From positions 1,890 through 65,889 of the forward strand of contig JBDRIE010000037.1 of assembly GCA_043816165.1 (NCBI GenBank): a stretch of 64,000 bases of DNA. Reading direction: 5' to 3'. The DNA is from Nitrospirota bacterium (lineage in GTDB: Bacteria > Patescibacteriota > Gracilibacteria > UBA1369 > LOWO2-01-FULL-3). Below the pieces are notes generated by a model that saw only the letters and a list, made by a program, of their open reading frames with translations, was not told where the DNA came from and searched no databases. A program made the position numbers and the translations under genes. Positions 1 to 10,101 of this stretch are shown here, piece by piece (the stretch's first letter is position 1; the number at the start of each line of letters is the position of its first letter).

Positions 1-248
1 AATTATTGGCTTTATCCGGGCAATTTTTGAACAAGGATACTGAGACAGTCGACATGCTAATCGTCGGAAACCTGGACAAAGAGCGTTTTTCAAAATACCT
101 GAGCGAAGACTTAAGAACCAAAAGATCAGTGAAATTCACTATAATGAACGAAGAAGATTTTAAATACAGAAAAGAGTGCCACGACAAATTCATATCAGAA
201 ATAATCTCCGATCCCGAAAATCAAATCCTCATCGACAAATTCGCCTAA
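1..248 (+). CDS. 3' end of a gene truncated by the window edge (hypothetical protein, C-terminal fragment)
   Basis: The frame of ORF 6..248 stays open back to base 3, so the start lies outside the window. No recognisable motif in the 80 aa seen. Confidence 0.5.
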   Translation, partial: LLALSGQFLNKDTETVDMLIVGNLDKERFSKYLSEDLRTKRSVKFTIMNEEDFKYRKECHDKFISEIISDPENQILIDKFA

Positions 249-1180
249 AAGTCGACTTCATCCAAATCAGGATTAATATACTCAGTTTTTGCGCTTTGTA
301 GTACGCAATTTGCAAATTCCAATTGATCATAAGTAAGTTCCTCGGGATAAACCTGAAGTGTTTGACCGACATCACCGGTGCAAAGGTTATAATCCATGAG
401 ATTTGCCGGAGCCGCATTGGACCCATCTCCGCAGGCAGCCATACAAACATCACCGCTCATATAAGTAGTGATTGACTGAATATGAGCGCAAGCCTCACTA
501 TAATTAACTGTATCATCGAGACCATCACCCCCGGACGCAAAAGGGTGCTTCAACTCTAATATATGTCCCATTTCATGGGCAGTCGCCTTTTTTAGATATG
601 TTGTGCCAGCATCATCTGTATATAATGCCAAAAATTCTTCACCTTTTGGAGTAGTCAAATATGTACCACTAACCCCCGTATCCCCGGGAATATACATAAT
701 ATCTACAGCGCCATCTGTACCATTTACATCTATATAAGCTCTTAATCTATCTTCATATTCGTCACGAGACTCACCCGGAATCATATTTGGTTGAAGAGCA
801 CTATCATGAACTCTTCTAACTCTGGCAACATAGAAATCCCTAATCATATCACCATATACACGACGTAAATCATCTATATTTACCCTAATAGCATCTTCAT
901 TTATATCCGAAGCGCCATCATCATTCATGACTATATGAATCGCGAGAGCTACAAAGATCATTTGCTGAAATAGGTATTGTCTTCTATGACCAGGGTCATA
1001 ACACCTCTCTATAGCAGCTTTCTTTGAATCTTCGCCCTTTTCACACGCCCCCAACACAGCCATCAAGCTCAAAGCGGTAACGGCCACTAGATCTTTAATT
1101 CTTCTTCCAGCTATACCTAATCTACCCAATTTTGCCCTTGGGATCGTATTTGAACTACTTGTTTCACTTAGTTTATTCAT
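245..1180 (-). CDS. secreted/lipoprotein zinc metalloprotease, metzincin-like
   Basis: HEMGHILELKH fits the HExxHxxxxxH spacing. The internal ATG at 1180 gives a signal peptide with lipobox LGAC. The C-terminus is Cys-rich. The upstream part of ORF 245..1303 would run into the rplS promoter. Confidence 0.7.
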   Translation of the reverse strand: MNKLSETSSSNTIPRAKLGRLGIAGRRIKDLVAVTALSLMAVLGACEKGEDSKKAAIERCYDPGHRRQYLFQQMIFVALAIHIVMNDDGASDINEDAIRVNIDDLRRVYGDMIRDFYVARVRRVHDSALQPNMIPGESRDEYEDRLRAYIDVNGTDGAVDIMYIPGDTGVSGTYLTTPKGEEFLALYTDDAGTTYLKKATAHEMGHILELKHPFASGGDGLDDTVNYSEACAHIQSITTYMSGDVCMAACGDGSNAAPANLMDYNLCTGDVGQTLQVYPEELTYDQLEFANCVLQSAKTEYINPDLDEVDF

Positions 1181-1264
1181 AAATAAAATCAAAATGCGCC
1201 ATAGCATGACGCAAAATAGCGATAGTGTCAAGTACGAGCTGGGCACAAAAAAATACAAATTCCC

Positions 1265-1293
1265 TTGATTTAAACCTTTACCTTCAGTATATT
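1265..1293 (+). promoter_or_regulatory. candidate sigma-70-type promoter of rplS
   Basis: TTGATT (1265-1270), 17 nt spacer, TATATT (1288-1293), about 23 nt before ATG 1316. Confidence 0.45.
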
Positions 1294-1315
1294 GCACGAG
1301 CATTTAATTTCGCAA

Positions 1316-1843
1316 ATGAGCATTTTACAGGATATTCAAAAATTAGCGGTGAAAAAAGTTCCGGTTATCCGACCTGGAAATACGGTAAGAGTGCACCAAA
1401 AAATCAAAGAAGGAGAAAAGGAACGTATTCAAATCTTCGAAGGTTTGGTAATTAAACTTAATAGTGGTTTTGGCGCAGACAAGACAATTACTGTACGAAA
1501 AATCGTAGGTGGGATCGGAGTTGAAAAGATTTTCGCGCTTTATTCTACAAACATTGTGAAAATTGAGGTTAAAAAGAAATCAAAAGTTCGTAGAGCGAAA
1601 CTTTATTACATGAGAAAAAGATCCGGTAAATCAGCAAGACTAAAAGAAACTTTCATAAGCGATAAGGAGGTAGAAAGTTCAATAGAGGAATTAGCTGAAA
1701 AGCGCGCAGTCGAAGACGAAGCGCAAGAAAATGACGATAATGCTGTAGAGGAAAGCGTTCCAGCAGCAGATGAAACCCCAAAGGCCGAAGAAGCCCCAAA
1801 GGCCGAAGCAGAAGCTCCAGCCGAAGCCGAAAAAAAAGAGTAA
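1316..1843 (+). CDS. rplS: 50S ribosomal protein L19 with a long acidic/Lys C-terminal extension
   Basis: MSILQDIQK...[29 protein letters not shown] is the typical L19 core. About 60 extra C-terminal residues end in [24 protein letters not shown] 1316 is preferred over TTG 1292, which lies inside the -10 box. Confidence 0.9.
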   Translation: MSILQDIQKLAVKKVPVIRPGNTVRVHQKIKEGEKERIQIFEGLVIKLNSGFGADKTITVRKIVGGIGVEKIFALYSTNIVKIEVKKKSKVRRAKLYYMRKRSGKSARLKETFISDKEVESSIEELAEKRAVEDEAQENDDNAVEESVPAADETPKAEEAPKAEAEAPAEAEKKE

Positions 1844-1859
1844 AGTTTAAATCCAGATT

Positions 1860-2456
1860 ATGGTCCCATTCGTTCCCATTGAATCCAGGCTAAGAAGCAT
1901 TGGATGCCGTTTAGTTGCGGGAATAGACGAAGCAGGTCGCGGTCCACTTGCCGGCCCCTTAGTTTCTGCTGCGGTAATTTTGAAAGAAAACGTAAAAATA
2001 CCGGGATTGAATGATTCAAAACTACTATCCAGCAAAAAAAGAGAAGAATTATTCGAATTAATAGTAAAAAATTCTGTAGATTTTTCAATTTCAATAATTC
2101 CACATACCCAAATCGACAAGATAAACATTGTAGAAGCGGTAAAATTGGCAAACTATAATTGCATAAAAGAACTAAGGTGTAAGCCGGATATCGCATTAAT
2201 AGACGGAAGAGACAAGCAAATCCTAGATATTAAGTTTTTAACGGTAATCAAAGGTGACCAAATTATAAAATGCATTGCAGCGGCTTCGATATTAGCGAAA
2301 GTAACCAGAGACGCACTCATGAAGCATTATGCAAAAGAATTCCGACAATATGGGTTTGAAATTCACAAAGGCTACGGGACAAGAATTCACAGAAATAACA
2401 TAAAGAAATTTGGACGTTGCGAAATACACAGGAAAACTTATAAGATTAAGTCATGA
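1860..2456 (+). CDS. rnhB: ribonuclease HII
   Basis: GIDEAGRGPLAGPLV active-site motif and matching overall length. Confidence 0.9.
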   Translation: MVPFVPIESRLRSIGCRLVAGIDEAGRGPLAGPLVSAAVILKENVKIPGLNDSKLLSSKKREELFELIVKNSVDFSISIIPHTQIDKINIVEAVKLANYNCIKELRCKPDIALIDGRDKQILDIKFLTVIKGDQIIKCIAAASILAKVTRDALMKHYAKEFRQYGFEIHKGYGTRIHRNNIKKFGRCEIHRKTYKIKS

Positions 2457-3529
2457 AAATAGTTATTACAGGTAATTATGGCGCCGGAAACATTGGTGAC
2501 GAGATGATTCTCGAGGGCTTGATGAATGCAATTAACAACAGCACAAAAGATGCAAAGATCACAGTGTTAAGGGGTGACGAGAAGTTCCCATCAGGCCCTA
2601 GAAGCCTAATAAAATCACTTTTCAAATCAGAAAGGAAAACTAAAAAATTAGTAAAAGAATGCGACTATTTTATTTTGGGTGGAGGTGGACTTTTTGGTAG
2701 TCTCACATTAAAAGCAAATATTATTTGGGGAGTCCAAGCACTAATGGCTTATTTCTACAAAAAACCGGTCATTATGTATGGGCAAAGTGTAGGGGAATTA
2801 AAAGGTAAGTTTAGAAAATGGCTGGTTAAATACATATTTCAAAAAGCAAAACTAATTACGGTAAGAGACCAAGAGTCAAAAAGGAGGCTAAAACTGCTCG
2901 GAATAACCAAAAAAATCCACGTAATACCGGACTTGGCCTTCAATATTTCGTACAAACCAAATAAAAGATCCCGAAAATCCATAATTCTTGCATTAAGGCA
3001 ACACCCAGGAATTAAAAAGAAATTTATAACAACAATAGCAAAATATTTAAATTGGATAATAGAGGAAAAAAACTACGACGTAGATATAATAAACTTTCAG
3101 GAGCCACCGTCAAAAGATGCGGACGAAATATTGCATGAAAAAGTCATTGAAGAGATAAGGAATAAATCAAAAGTTAAAATCATTCCAACTCCGGACAATA
3201 CAAAACAGCTCTTTGACGTCATAAGTAATTCAAGTTTACTGCTGGGGATGAGGCTTCACTCAATAATTTCTGCAATAAAAGCCGAAAAGCCATTCCTCGC
3301 ACTGTCTTATGCTCCAAAGGTCAAAGACATGCTCAACTATGCCGGTCTGGAATTATATATGCTCGATGCTGAAAAAATTGAATCATACATACAGCTTACA
3401 AAAACAACAGAGTCTATATTAAGAAAAGCTGAAAAAATCAAAAAAGATCTAGAGGAAACAAACAAACTCTTCCTCGAAAAACATAGAGAATTCGAGAAAA
3501 ACATCCTTAGTAAAATTTTCTCAACCTAG
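2453..3529 (+). CDS. polysaccharide pyruvyl transferase family protein (CsaB-like)
   Basis: N-terminal GNYGAGNIGDEMILEGL motif. ATGA overlap with the rnhB stop. Confidence 0.7.
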   Translation: MKIVITGNYGAGNIGDEMILEGLMNAINNSTKDAKITVLRGDEKFPSGPRSLIKSLFKSERKTKKLVKECDYFILGGGGLFGSLTLKANIIWGVQALMAYFYKKPVIMYGQSVGELKGKFRKWLVKYIFQKAKLITVRDQESKRRLKLLGITKKIHVIPDLAFNISYKPNKRSRKSIILALRQHPGIKKKFITTIAKYLNWIIEEKNYDVDIINFQEPPSKDADEILHEKVIEEIRNKSKVKIIPTPDNTKQLFDVISNSSLLLGMRLHSIISAIKAEKPFLALSYAPKVKDMLNYAGLELYMLDAEKIESYIQLTKTTESILRKAEKIKKDLEETNKLFLEKHREFEKNILSKIFST

Positions 3530-4439
3530 ATTCAAACTCATCCTTTGTAAATGAATGGGTTTGAGTGCCGTTTTTGCTAACAACAAAGGAAGCGGCAGTA
3601 CACGCGATTTTACACGATTCCTTGAGAGATTTATCATTAACGTAACCATGCACAAATCCCGCTCTAAAAGCATCTCCACATCCGGTCACATCAACCACAT
3701 GCATACCTCCTATTGCAGGAACATGAGTTTGCTCCCCATTCTCAAAAATTGTACATCCATTTTCCCCTAAAGTTTCTACATAAAAACCTGCCCAACCCGT
3801 TAATTGTGATAAATTCATGCGCATCTTTTCCACCAAAAGACTTGTTTCATATTCATTTGCGATAATGCCCTTACACCCATCTATAATTATAGCCAAATAT
3901 TCTTTTGATAAAGCGGAAATTGCCTGACCCGGATCAAAAAGAAACGGAACCTTATCACGGATCAAATTCTCAGCAATTGTTAACATTCTGCCTGGGATAT
4001 CCGGGGCAAGCACTGCAAAATCAACACTAGAAAGATCACAACATGACAAATTTTTGCAAATTTCTACAGCCGCCGATGCTCCCGGAGAAAAAATTGAAAT
4101 TTGATTATGTGAATTATCAGCCAAAATATAGGCGGCTGCTGTAGGGTTTCCATCGTCAATTTGAACACACTCAGATGTAATTCGATTGCTATTCAACCAA
4201 TCTCTATAATCATCGAAGTCATTACCCGCAACCCCAAGTATCATGGGCTTTTCACCCAAAAGATTCAAAGTATAGGCTATGTTTGGGGCACAACCACCAA
4301 AAAAAGTTTCCCTGGAATCAGCCAAAAAAGAAACACTCAGATTATCAAGTTCTTCCGGAATCAAAGACTCCTTGAACCGTCCCTTATAGAACATTATGTG
4401 GTCATAGGCTATGGAGCCCGACACTAGAATATTTTTCAT
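3507..4439 (-). CDS. PfkB-family carbohydrate/nucleoside kinase
   Basis: DVTGCGDAFRAGF anion-hole motif near the C-terminus and ribokinase-like layout. Confidence 0.8.
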   Translation of the reverse strand: MKNILVSGSIAYDHIMFYKGRFKESLIPEELDNLSVSFLADSRETFFGGCAPNIAYTLNLLGEKPMILGVAGNDFDDYRDWLNSNRITSECVQIDDGNPTAAAYILADNSHNQISIFSPGASAAVEICKNLSCCDLSSVDFAVLAPDIPGRMLTIAENLIRDKVPFLFDPGQAISALSKEYLAIIIDGCKGIIANEYETSLLVEKMRMNLSQLTGWAGFYVETLGENGCTIFENGEQTHVPAIGGMHVVDVTGCGDAFRAGFVHGYVNDKSLKESCKIACTAASFVVSKNGTQTHSFTKDEFESRLRKFY

Positions 4440-5217
4440 TCTCTTCGTTAAGACCTGCCTGTTTTCGGTCTAAAATTGATAAATCATTCGATATTTGAGC
4501 CAAATGACTGTTTTTGACTAAGGCTGAAGCATTGTGCAAACCTTCAAAAGATTCGCCACAATCTCCCCAGAATCCTTCAAGAATATCGTATTTCAGAGTT
4601 CCTTGTTCCAAATAGTAATTATTAACATCTGTTATTTCTAATTCATTACGATTTGATGGGTTTAGGCTTTTAACAATATTAAAAACCTGAGGATCATACA
4701 TATACACACCGGTTACTGCAAAATCAGATTTTGGATTTTCCGGTTTTTCTACAATTGAGGTGATTTTATCTCCATCAAGTTCCGCAACTCCATAAGACTC
4801 AGGATTGTGTACTTTTTTCAAAAACACTCTCGCTCCGCTGGGTTGAGCCGAAAATTCTTTCACTGCGCCGGCGATACTATCCTCCAATACATTATCACCA
4901 AGAATAACTACAACTTTTTCATTATTTGCGAATTGTTCCGCCAGCCCGAGAGCTTGTGCGATACCTCCTGCCTCTTCTTGCACCTCGTATGACAGCTTTA
5001 CGCCCAAATGTGCACCTGAACCTAATAATTCCAAGAAGTCTCCTGCATGACCCTTTCCTGAGACAATCAAGATATTATCAACCCCCGCTTCCTTAAGCGA
5101 ATAAAGAGGATAATAAATCATAGGCTTGTTGAACACAGGTAAAAGATGCTTATTTGTGACGTTGGTGCACGGTGATAACCTACTTCCTGTTCCCCCGGCT
5201 AGTATTATTCCTTTCAT
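4402..5217 (-). CDS. rfbA: glucose-1-phosphate thymidylyltransferase-like sugar nucleotidyltransferase
   Basis: MKGIILAGGTGSRLSPCT...NKHLLPVFNKPMIYYPL, as in RmlA. It overlaps the downstream kinase gene by 38 nt. Confidence 0.75.
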   Translation of the reverse strand: MKGIILAGGTGSRLSPCTNVTNKHLLPVFNKPMIYYPLYSLKEAGVDNILIVSGKGHAGDFLELLGSGAHLGVKLSYEVQEEAGGIAQALGLAEQFANNEKVVVILGDNVLEDSIAGAVKEFSAQPSGARVFLKKVHNPESYGVAELDGDKITSIVEKPENPKSDFAVTGVYMYDPQVFNIVKSLNPSNRNELEITDVNNYYLEQGTLKYDILEGFWGDCGESFEGLHNASALVKNSHLAQISNDLSILDRKQAGLNEENEKYSSVGLHSL

Positions 5218-5263
5218 AAAAATTGCTTAAACAGCGATATTAAACAGTAAAAAGCCGATTTCA

Positions 5264-6184
5264 TCAAGTAGTTAATTGCAAATAAGCATTTAGAGCTTCT
5301 TTCCACGATCTCATTCTGCAATCCAACTTTGTATTTTGGAGAATAGAGCAATGTGGACGTTTCGCAGGCCGCGGAAATTCTTCAGATGTAACCGGATTTA
5401 CCTTTACGTCCAATTTCGCCAATTTGAAAATTTTCTTCGCAAATCCGCACCAGCTTGTGTGGTCAGAATTTGTTAGATGATAGACACCAAAAGAAGGTTT
5501 TTTCACGGGGGAATCATTCCCAGCCATGTCGCCCTCAGAACCCATCGTCCGGTTATGCTGTCTGGGCAAATTAGAAACATATGGCATCAAAAAACATCTG
5601 ATCAACTCTTCGCACAAGTCCTTTGAGTAAGTAGGGGATCCTATTTGATCATCTACAACATCAAGCTCAGATTTCGTTTCTGCAAGTTTCAGCATCGTTT
5701 CTACAAAATTCTTCCCATTTTCTCCATAAAGCCAAGATGTACGAACTATATAGTGCTTATCCCAGTTTTCCGCTATTAACCGCTCACCACGGAGCTTGGA
5801 TTCACCATATACGTTAATAGGGGACGGGCGATCGTCTTCCTTGTAGCCCTCCGGATTTTCGCCATCAAACACATAATCAGTACTGATATGCAGAAGAACG
5901 GCATTCTCTTCTTTGCATGCAGCAGCCATAGCACCGGGAGCATCACCATTTATTTTTAAAGCCATATCCTTCTCTGTCTCACAAGCGTCAACAGCAGTAT
6001 AAGCCGCGCAATTAATCACAAAATTAGGTGAAATTCTTTTAAAAACCGAACTCAAAGCTTCTTTGTCAGAAATATCCAGGTCGTCTTTATCAAAGGCGTA
6101 CATTTCAAAATCTTCACTTCCTGAAAGAGTCTTTAACATTTGCGAACCAAGCATCCCTAGCTTACCTAAAAGAAGAATCTTCAA
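5264..6184 (-). CDS. rfbD: dTDP-4-dehydrorhamnose reductase
   Basis: Rossmann N-terminus LLLGKLGMLG plus STDYVFDG and SWLYG motifs. TTG start one nt after the proS stop. Confidence 0.8.
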   Translation of the reverse strand: MKILLLGKLGMLGSQMLKTLSGSEDFEMYAFDKDDLDISDKEALSSVFKRISPNFVINCAAYTAVDACETEKDMALKINGDAPGAMAAACKEENAVLLHISTDYVFDGENPEGYKEDDRPSPINVYGESKLRGERLIAENWDKHYIVRTSWLYGENGKNFVETMLKLAETKSELDVVDDQIGSPTYSKDLCEELIRCFLMPYVSNLPRQHNRTMGSEGDMAGNDSPVKKPSFGVYHLTNSDHTSWCGFAKKIFKLAKLDVKVNPVTSEEFPRPAKRPHCSILQNTKLDCRMRSWKEALNAYLQLTT

Positions 6185-6185
6185 A

Positions 6186-7895
6186 TTATTTTCTTAAGAA
6201 TTTTTTTACTTTATCGTTTAATTCAGAGAATTTAACATCAGAGGCTTTATCTTTTGCTCTTTCTTTCCATTCAAGACCATCATTTTCCAAAGTTCTTTTA
6301 CTTACAACCAATCTAAGAGGAATTCCAATTAAGTCAGCGTCGTTTAGCTTAACCCCCGGACTATCATCCCTATCATCATACAATACTTCAACACCGGATT
6401 CCTGCAGATCTTTATACAATTTTTCTGCCGCTTCTTTCACTTCATCATCTTTTCCCAGAGAAACGACGTGAATTTGATAAGGAGCTACACTGATAGGCCA
6501 GATAATTCCTTTATCATCATGGTAAACCTCTACAATCGTCCCCATCAAACGTGTATTCCCGATACCATAGCAACCCATCACGCAAGGTTTTGATTTTCCA
6601 TCTTTATCGGTGAAATTAAGGTCGAAAGCTTCGCTATATCTGGTTCCCAATTGGAAAATATTACCGACTTCAACAGCATGAATTTCCTTCAACGCTTTTC
6701 CGCATTTTGCACAATCGAACCCACTTTTAACCTCCACAAGATCAGTAAAATCTTTAACAATAAAATCCCTCGCCAAATTAACATTTTTATAATCCTTTGC
6801 GTATTCATTTGCGCCTGTCACGAAATTCTTAATATTTTTGATTGAATGGTCACCAATAAAGGAAATTTTCACACCTTCCGGCATATTTACCGGGGAAATA
6901 TAACCCTGTACCAGACCCATTTCTTTCAAAACTTCAGGATCTGCCGGGCGTAGTCGTTTTTTCAAATAGTTTTCCAGCTTTACATCACTCACATTCAGGT
7001 CTCCTCGAATAACAACCCCGACAAGACCCTCATCCTCTACGTCATATACAACACTCTTCAAAATTTTATATTCCGGAACATCGTGAGCCCTAGCATTATC
7101 AGTAACCGTAAATCCACGCTCAATTTTCACAAGCTCCATCGGCAGCTCTTTCTCCTCTTTCACATCCGGATCAGCAATTTTTCCCTCTGCAATCTCCAAA
7201 TTTTGTGCTATTCCGCATTTATCACAAACAATAATTGTATCCTCACCAACTTCACTTTCAACAGAAAACTCATGTGAGAATTTATCAGTAAAAGGACCTC
7301 CGGAAGCCTCAATAACATGTGCCTTCAAATCACACCTTTCGTAAACATTCAAATATGCCTGCTTCACACGCTCATAATATTTATCCAAATCCTCTTCAGA
7401 AGTGTGGAAACTGTACATATCTTTCATCCCGAATTCACGCCCTCTCAGAAGTCCGGACTTCGCACGTGGCTCATCTCGAAACTTTGTTTGAATCTGATAA
7501 ACACTAAGAGGTAAATCCTTATAAGAATTTATATACTTAGCCGCTAGGGGAGTCACAGTCTCCTCATGACTTGGCCCAAAAACAAATTCCTTGTCTCCGG
7601 AAGCATGAGTTCGATACAAAATTTCGTCCATTGTGCGATCACGACCGGTTGTTTTCCAAATATCAATTGGATGTAGAGCCGGCATCAGCAGCCTTTGCCC
7701 TTCCACCGCATTCATCTCCTCTTCAATAATATTATTAATTTTATTAAAAACCCTATACCCAAGCGGTAACAAATTATAAATTCCTGCCGCAAGCTTCTCG
7801 ATAAACCCGGCCTGAGTAAGGAATTTAGCATTTACACTATCCGCATCACACGGAGGATTATGCCTGGTCCTCCCAAAAAGATTACTATATAGCAT
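6186..7895 (-). CDS. proS: proline--tRNA ligase
   Basis: MLYSNLFGRT...AGIYNLLPLGYRV and class II motifs. ATG 7895 avoids overlap with infB; the longer ORF to 7973 is unlikely. Confidence 0.9.
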   Translation of the reverse strand: MLYSNLFGRTRHNPPCDADSVNAKFLTQAGFIEKLAAGIYNLLPLGYRVFNKINNIIEEEMNAVEGQRLLMPALHPIDIWKTTGRDRTMDEILYRTHASGDKEFVFGPSHEETVTPLAAKYINSYKDLPLSVYQIQTKFRDEPRAKSGLLRGREFGMKDMYSFHTSEEDLDKYYERVKQAYLNVYERCDLKAHVIEASGGPFTDKFSHEFSVESEVGEDTIIVCDKCGIAQNLEIAEGKIADPDVKEEKELPMELVKIERGFTVTDNARAHDVPEYKILKSVVYDVEDEGLVGVVIRGDLNVSDVKLENYLKKRLRPADPEVLKEMGLVQGYISPVNMPEGVKISFIGDHSIKNIKNFVTGANEYAKDYKNVNLARDFIVKDFTDLVEVKSGFDCAKCGKALKEIHAVEVGNIFQLGTRYSEAFDLNFTDKDGKSKPCVMGCYGIGNTRLMGTIVEVYHDDKGIIWPISVAPYQIHVVSLGKDDEVKEAAEKLYKDLQESGVEVLYDDRDDSPGVKLNDADLIGIPLRLVVSKRTLENDGLEWKERAKDKASDVKFSELNDKVKKFLRK

Positions 7896-7905
7896 ATTTA
7901 AAGTT

Positions 7906-9225
7906 TTATATTGTTCTGTGTTTTTCCTCTTCAATATACACTTCCAGAATGTCCTCGTCTTCAACAGGAACACTACTATTTACTTTCATACCGCAATCAT
8001 TTCCTTCACCAATATCCTTTACCTCTTTATCAACTTTTCGCAATGATGTGATCAGACCTTCACCTGCAATTGCGTCTTCACCTTCTTCATCTTTGCCTCG
8101 AATAATATTGAATTTAGCTTTATTCGCAATCTTACCACTCAAAACCTTACATCCTATGATCATATCTTTCTTTTTAGTAAGGAAAATTTGTCTAATTTGC
8201 GCACGTCCCAAAACTTTCTTGATTATCTCTGCATCCAAAAGCCCTGAAAGAATCTTCCTAACATCCTCAAGAAGATCATAAATAACTGTATATTTCTTTA
8301 CCTCAACTCCTTCACGCTCCGCCGTCTTATCAACATAAGGCGAGTCGAAATCTGTATGGAATGCAGCGACCAACCCTTTACTTGCTGCCGCCATCATTAC
8401 ATCCGACTTGCTTACGCTTCCTACTCCACTATGAATTATTTTAACTGCAACTTCTTCATCCTTGATTTTAGCTATAGATTGCTTAATCGCTTCCAATGAA
8501 CCCTTTGTGTCCGCTTTGACCACTAATCGTAAAATCTTTTCGGACTTAACCGTTGAAATAACCTGATTCATACCTGACATCCTGGCTTCCGACTCTTGTT
8601 TTGTCTGCAATGTAACCTCTTCGGATCTTTGCTTTGCCACTTTTTCATTTGCAACCACTTGCAATATATCTCCACTTTTTGGTGTTTGTTGAAGTCCGGC
8701 TATGAGTACCGGAGTAGATGGACCTGCTATTCTCAGAGGTTTTCCATTATGATCCTTCATCAGCTTTATTCGCCCATACGTACGACCGATAATCACATTA
8801 TTCATTATCTTCAAGGTTCCGGTATTGACCAAGATAGTAGCCACAGGCCCTAGACTTGAATCTAAGTGCGCCTCAATAACAGTTCCGACCGCTTCACGAT
8901 CTGGATTTGCCTTCAAATCTTCCATTTCAGCAGTCAAAAGAATCATATCCAGCAAAGTATCTATGCCATCACCACGCAATGCAGAAACCGGCACCATTAC
9001 CGTTTTTCCACCCCAATCTTCCGGTTGTAGATCGTGCTCTGCCAATTCTCCTTTTACTTTGTCAGGATTAGCATCTGGCTTATCCATCTTATTAATAGCG
9101 ACAATGATAGGAACTCCCGCTTCTTTTGCGTGATTTATTGCTTCAATCGTCTGAGGCTTAACACCTTCGTCAGCTGCCACAACCAATATTGCAATATCTG
9201 TGACTTTTGCGCCACGTGCTCGCAT
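7906..9225 (-). CDS. infB: translation initiation factor IF-2, C-terminal part (G domain from G2 onward, domains II-IV), cut off from its N-terminus by a frame change
   Basis: MRARGAKVTDIAILVVAADEGVKPQT... Homology continues upstream in the same frame ([19 protein letters not shown]) to about 9283. Confidence 0.9.
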   Translation of the reverse strand: MRARGAKVTDIAILVVAADEGVKPQTIEAINHAKEAGVPIIVAINKMDKPDANPDKVKGELAEHDLQPEDWGGKTVMVPVSALRGDGIDTLLDMILLTAEMEDLKANPDREAVGTVIEAHLDSSLGPVATILVNTGTLKIMNNVIIGRTYGRIKLMKDHNGKPLRIAGPSTPVLIAGLQQTPKSGDILQVVANEKVAKQRSEEVTLQTKQESEARMSGMNQVISTVKSEKILRLVVKADTKGSLEAIKQSIAKIKDEEVAVKIIHSGVGSVSKSDVMMAAASKGLVAAFHTDFDSPYVDKTAEREGVEVKKYTVIYDLLEDVRKILSGLLDAEIIKKVLGRAQIRQIFLTKKKDMIIGCKVLSGKIANKAKFNIIRGKDEEGEDAIAGEGLITSLRKVDKEVKDIGEGNDCGMKVNSSVPVEDEDILEVYIEEEKHRTI

Positions 9226-9266
9226 AGATGTAAATGCTTCATGACCGGGAGTATCCAGAAAAGTTA

Positions 9267-10019
9267 TTAATTTCCCCTTTTTTCCACCTGATAAGCTCCG
9301 ATATGCTGAGTAATCCCTCCAGACTCACCGGCTACTACATCAGTTTCACGGATTGAATCCAATAATTTCGTTTTACCATGATCAACATGCCCCATTACCA
9401 CTACCACCGGAGGCCTTACTTTCAAATCCGAAGAATCATCTTCCTGCAATAGTTTTGTAATGTCACCCGCCATCAACTCCTCGACACCGGCCACTGATCG
9501 CTTTCTCTTGATCTTAATCTCCATATCATCTGCAATAATTTGAGCAGTATCAAAATCAATTTGTTGATTAATATTAGCCAAAATTCCATTCTTCATCAGC
9601 TCGCCAATGATTTTTGCAATTTTTATCCCTGTTTTTTCAGCAAATTCCTTTACAGTAATGGAATCAGGAATTTCAATAGGCTTACTTGTGTCTACTTCTA
9701 GTGTTTCTTCCGGCTTTTCCTCAACTTTTTTTGTTACGGTTTTACCGGCCTTTTGCTTCCTTTGACTCTTAACAATTTCACGTTCTCTCTCTTCTGCAAT
9801 AATTTCATCATATATTTCGGCAACATCAGTTGGTCCTTGAGCTTCTGCAGATTCCGCCTCTTTTTTAGACATAAGTTCGTCTAAAATGAGCTCAGCAACG
9901 TCGTCTTCGATAACACGAGCTCTAGGTGCAATATCAAACCCCAGATTAGTGATTTTATCCTTCAAATCTTTGACCTGAATATCTAATTTTTCCGCTAAAT
10001 CCGCAAGTTTTATAGACAT
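9267..10019 (-). CDS. infB: translation initiation factor IF-2, N-terminal part ending inside the G domain
   Basis: [12 protein letters not shown]... through [12 protein letters not shown]...[13 protein letters not shown], then a premature stop right after an A6 run (T6 on the plus strand, 9278-9283). ATG 10019 chosen. Confidence 0.85.
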   Translation of the reverse strand: MSIKLADLAEKLDIQVKDLKDKITNLGFDIAPRARVIEDDVAELILDELMSKKEAESAEAQGPTDVAEIYDEIIAEEREREIVKSQRKQKAGKTVTKKVEEKPEETLEVDTSKPIEIPDSITVKEFAEKTGIKIAKIIGELMKNGILANINQQIDFDTAQIIADDMEIKIKRKRSVAGVEELMAGDITKLLQEDDSSDLKVRPPVVVVMGHVDHGKTKLLDSIRETDVVAGESGGITQHIGAYQVEKRGN

Positions 10020-10101
10020 ATATGATTTCTGTATAAAAAACAAAAATAGTCTACGGAAAAAACGTTTTATTGTAAAGAAAAACAGTATATCATGACCCTC
10101 G

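Noticed and set aside
2453-2456. Possible alternative genetic code (UGA as Gly, as in some CPR lineages)
   Set aside because: TGA ends well-aligned conserved genes such as rnhB (ATGA overlap), and conserved proteins show no in-frame TGA. The standard code 11 fits.
9267-9290. Programmed -1 ribosomal frameshifting as the explanation for the split infB
   Set aside because: The A-run is not in the canonical X-XXY-YYZ register (the zero frame reads GAA-AAA-AGG) and I see no obvious downstream stimulator. An essential factor is also unlikely to depend on low-efficiency slippage. A homopolymer error is more parsimonious. It is kept as a finding only because it is easy to test.
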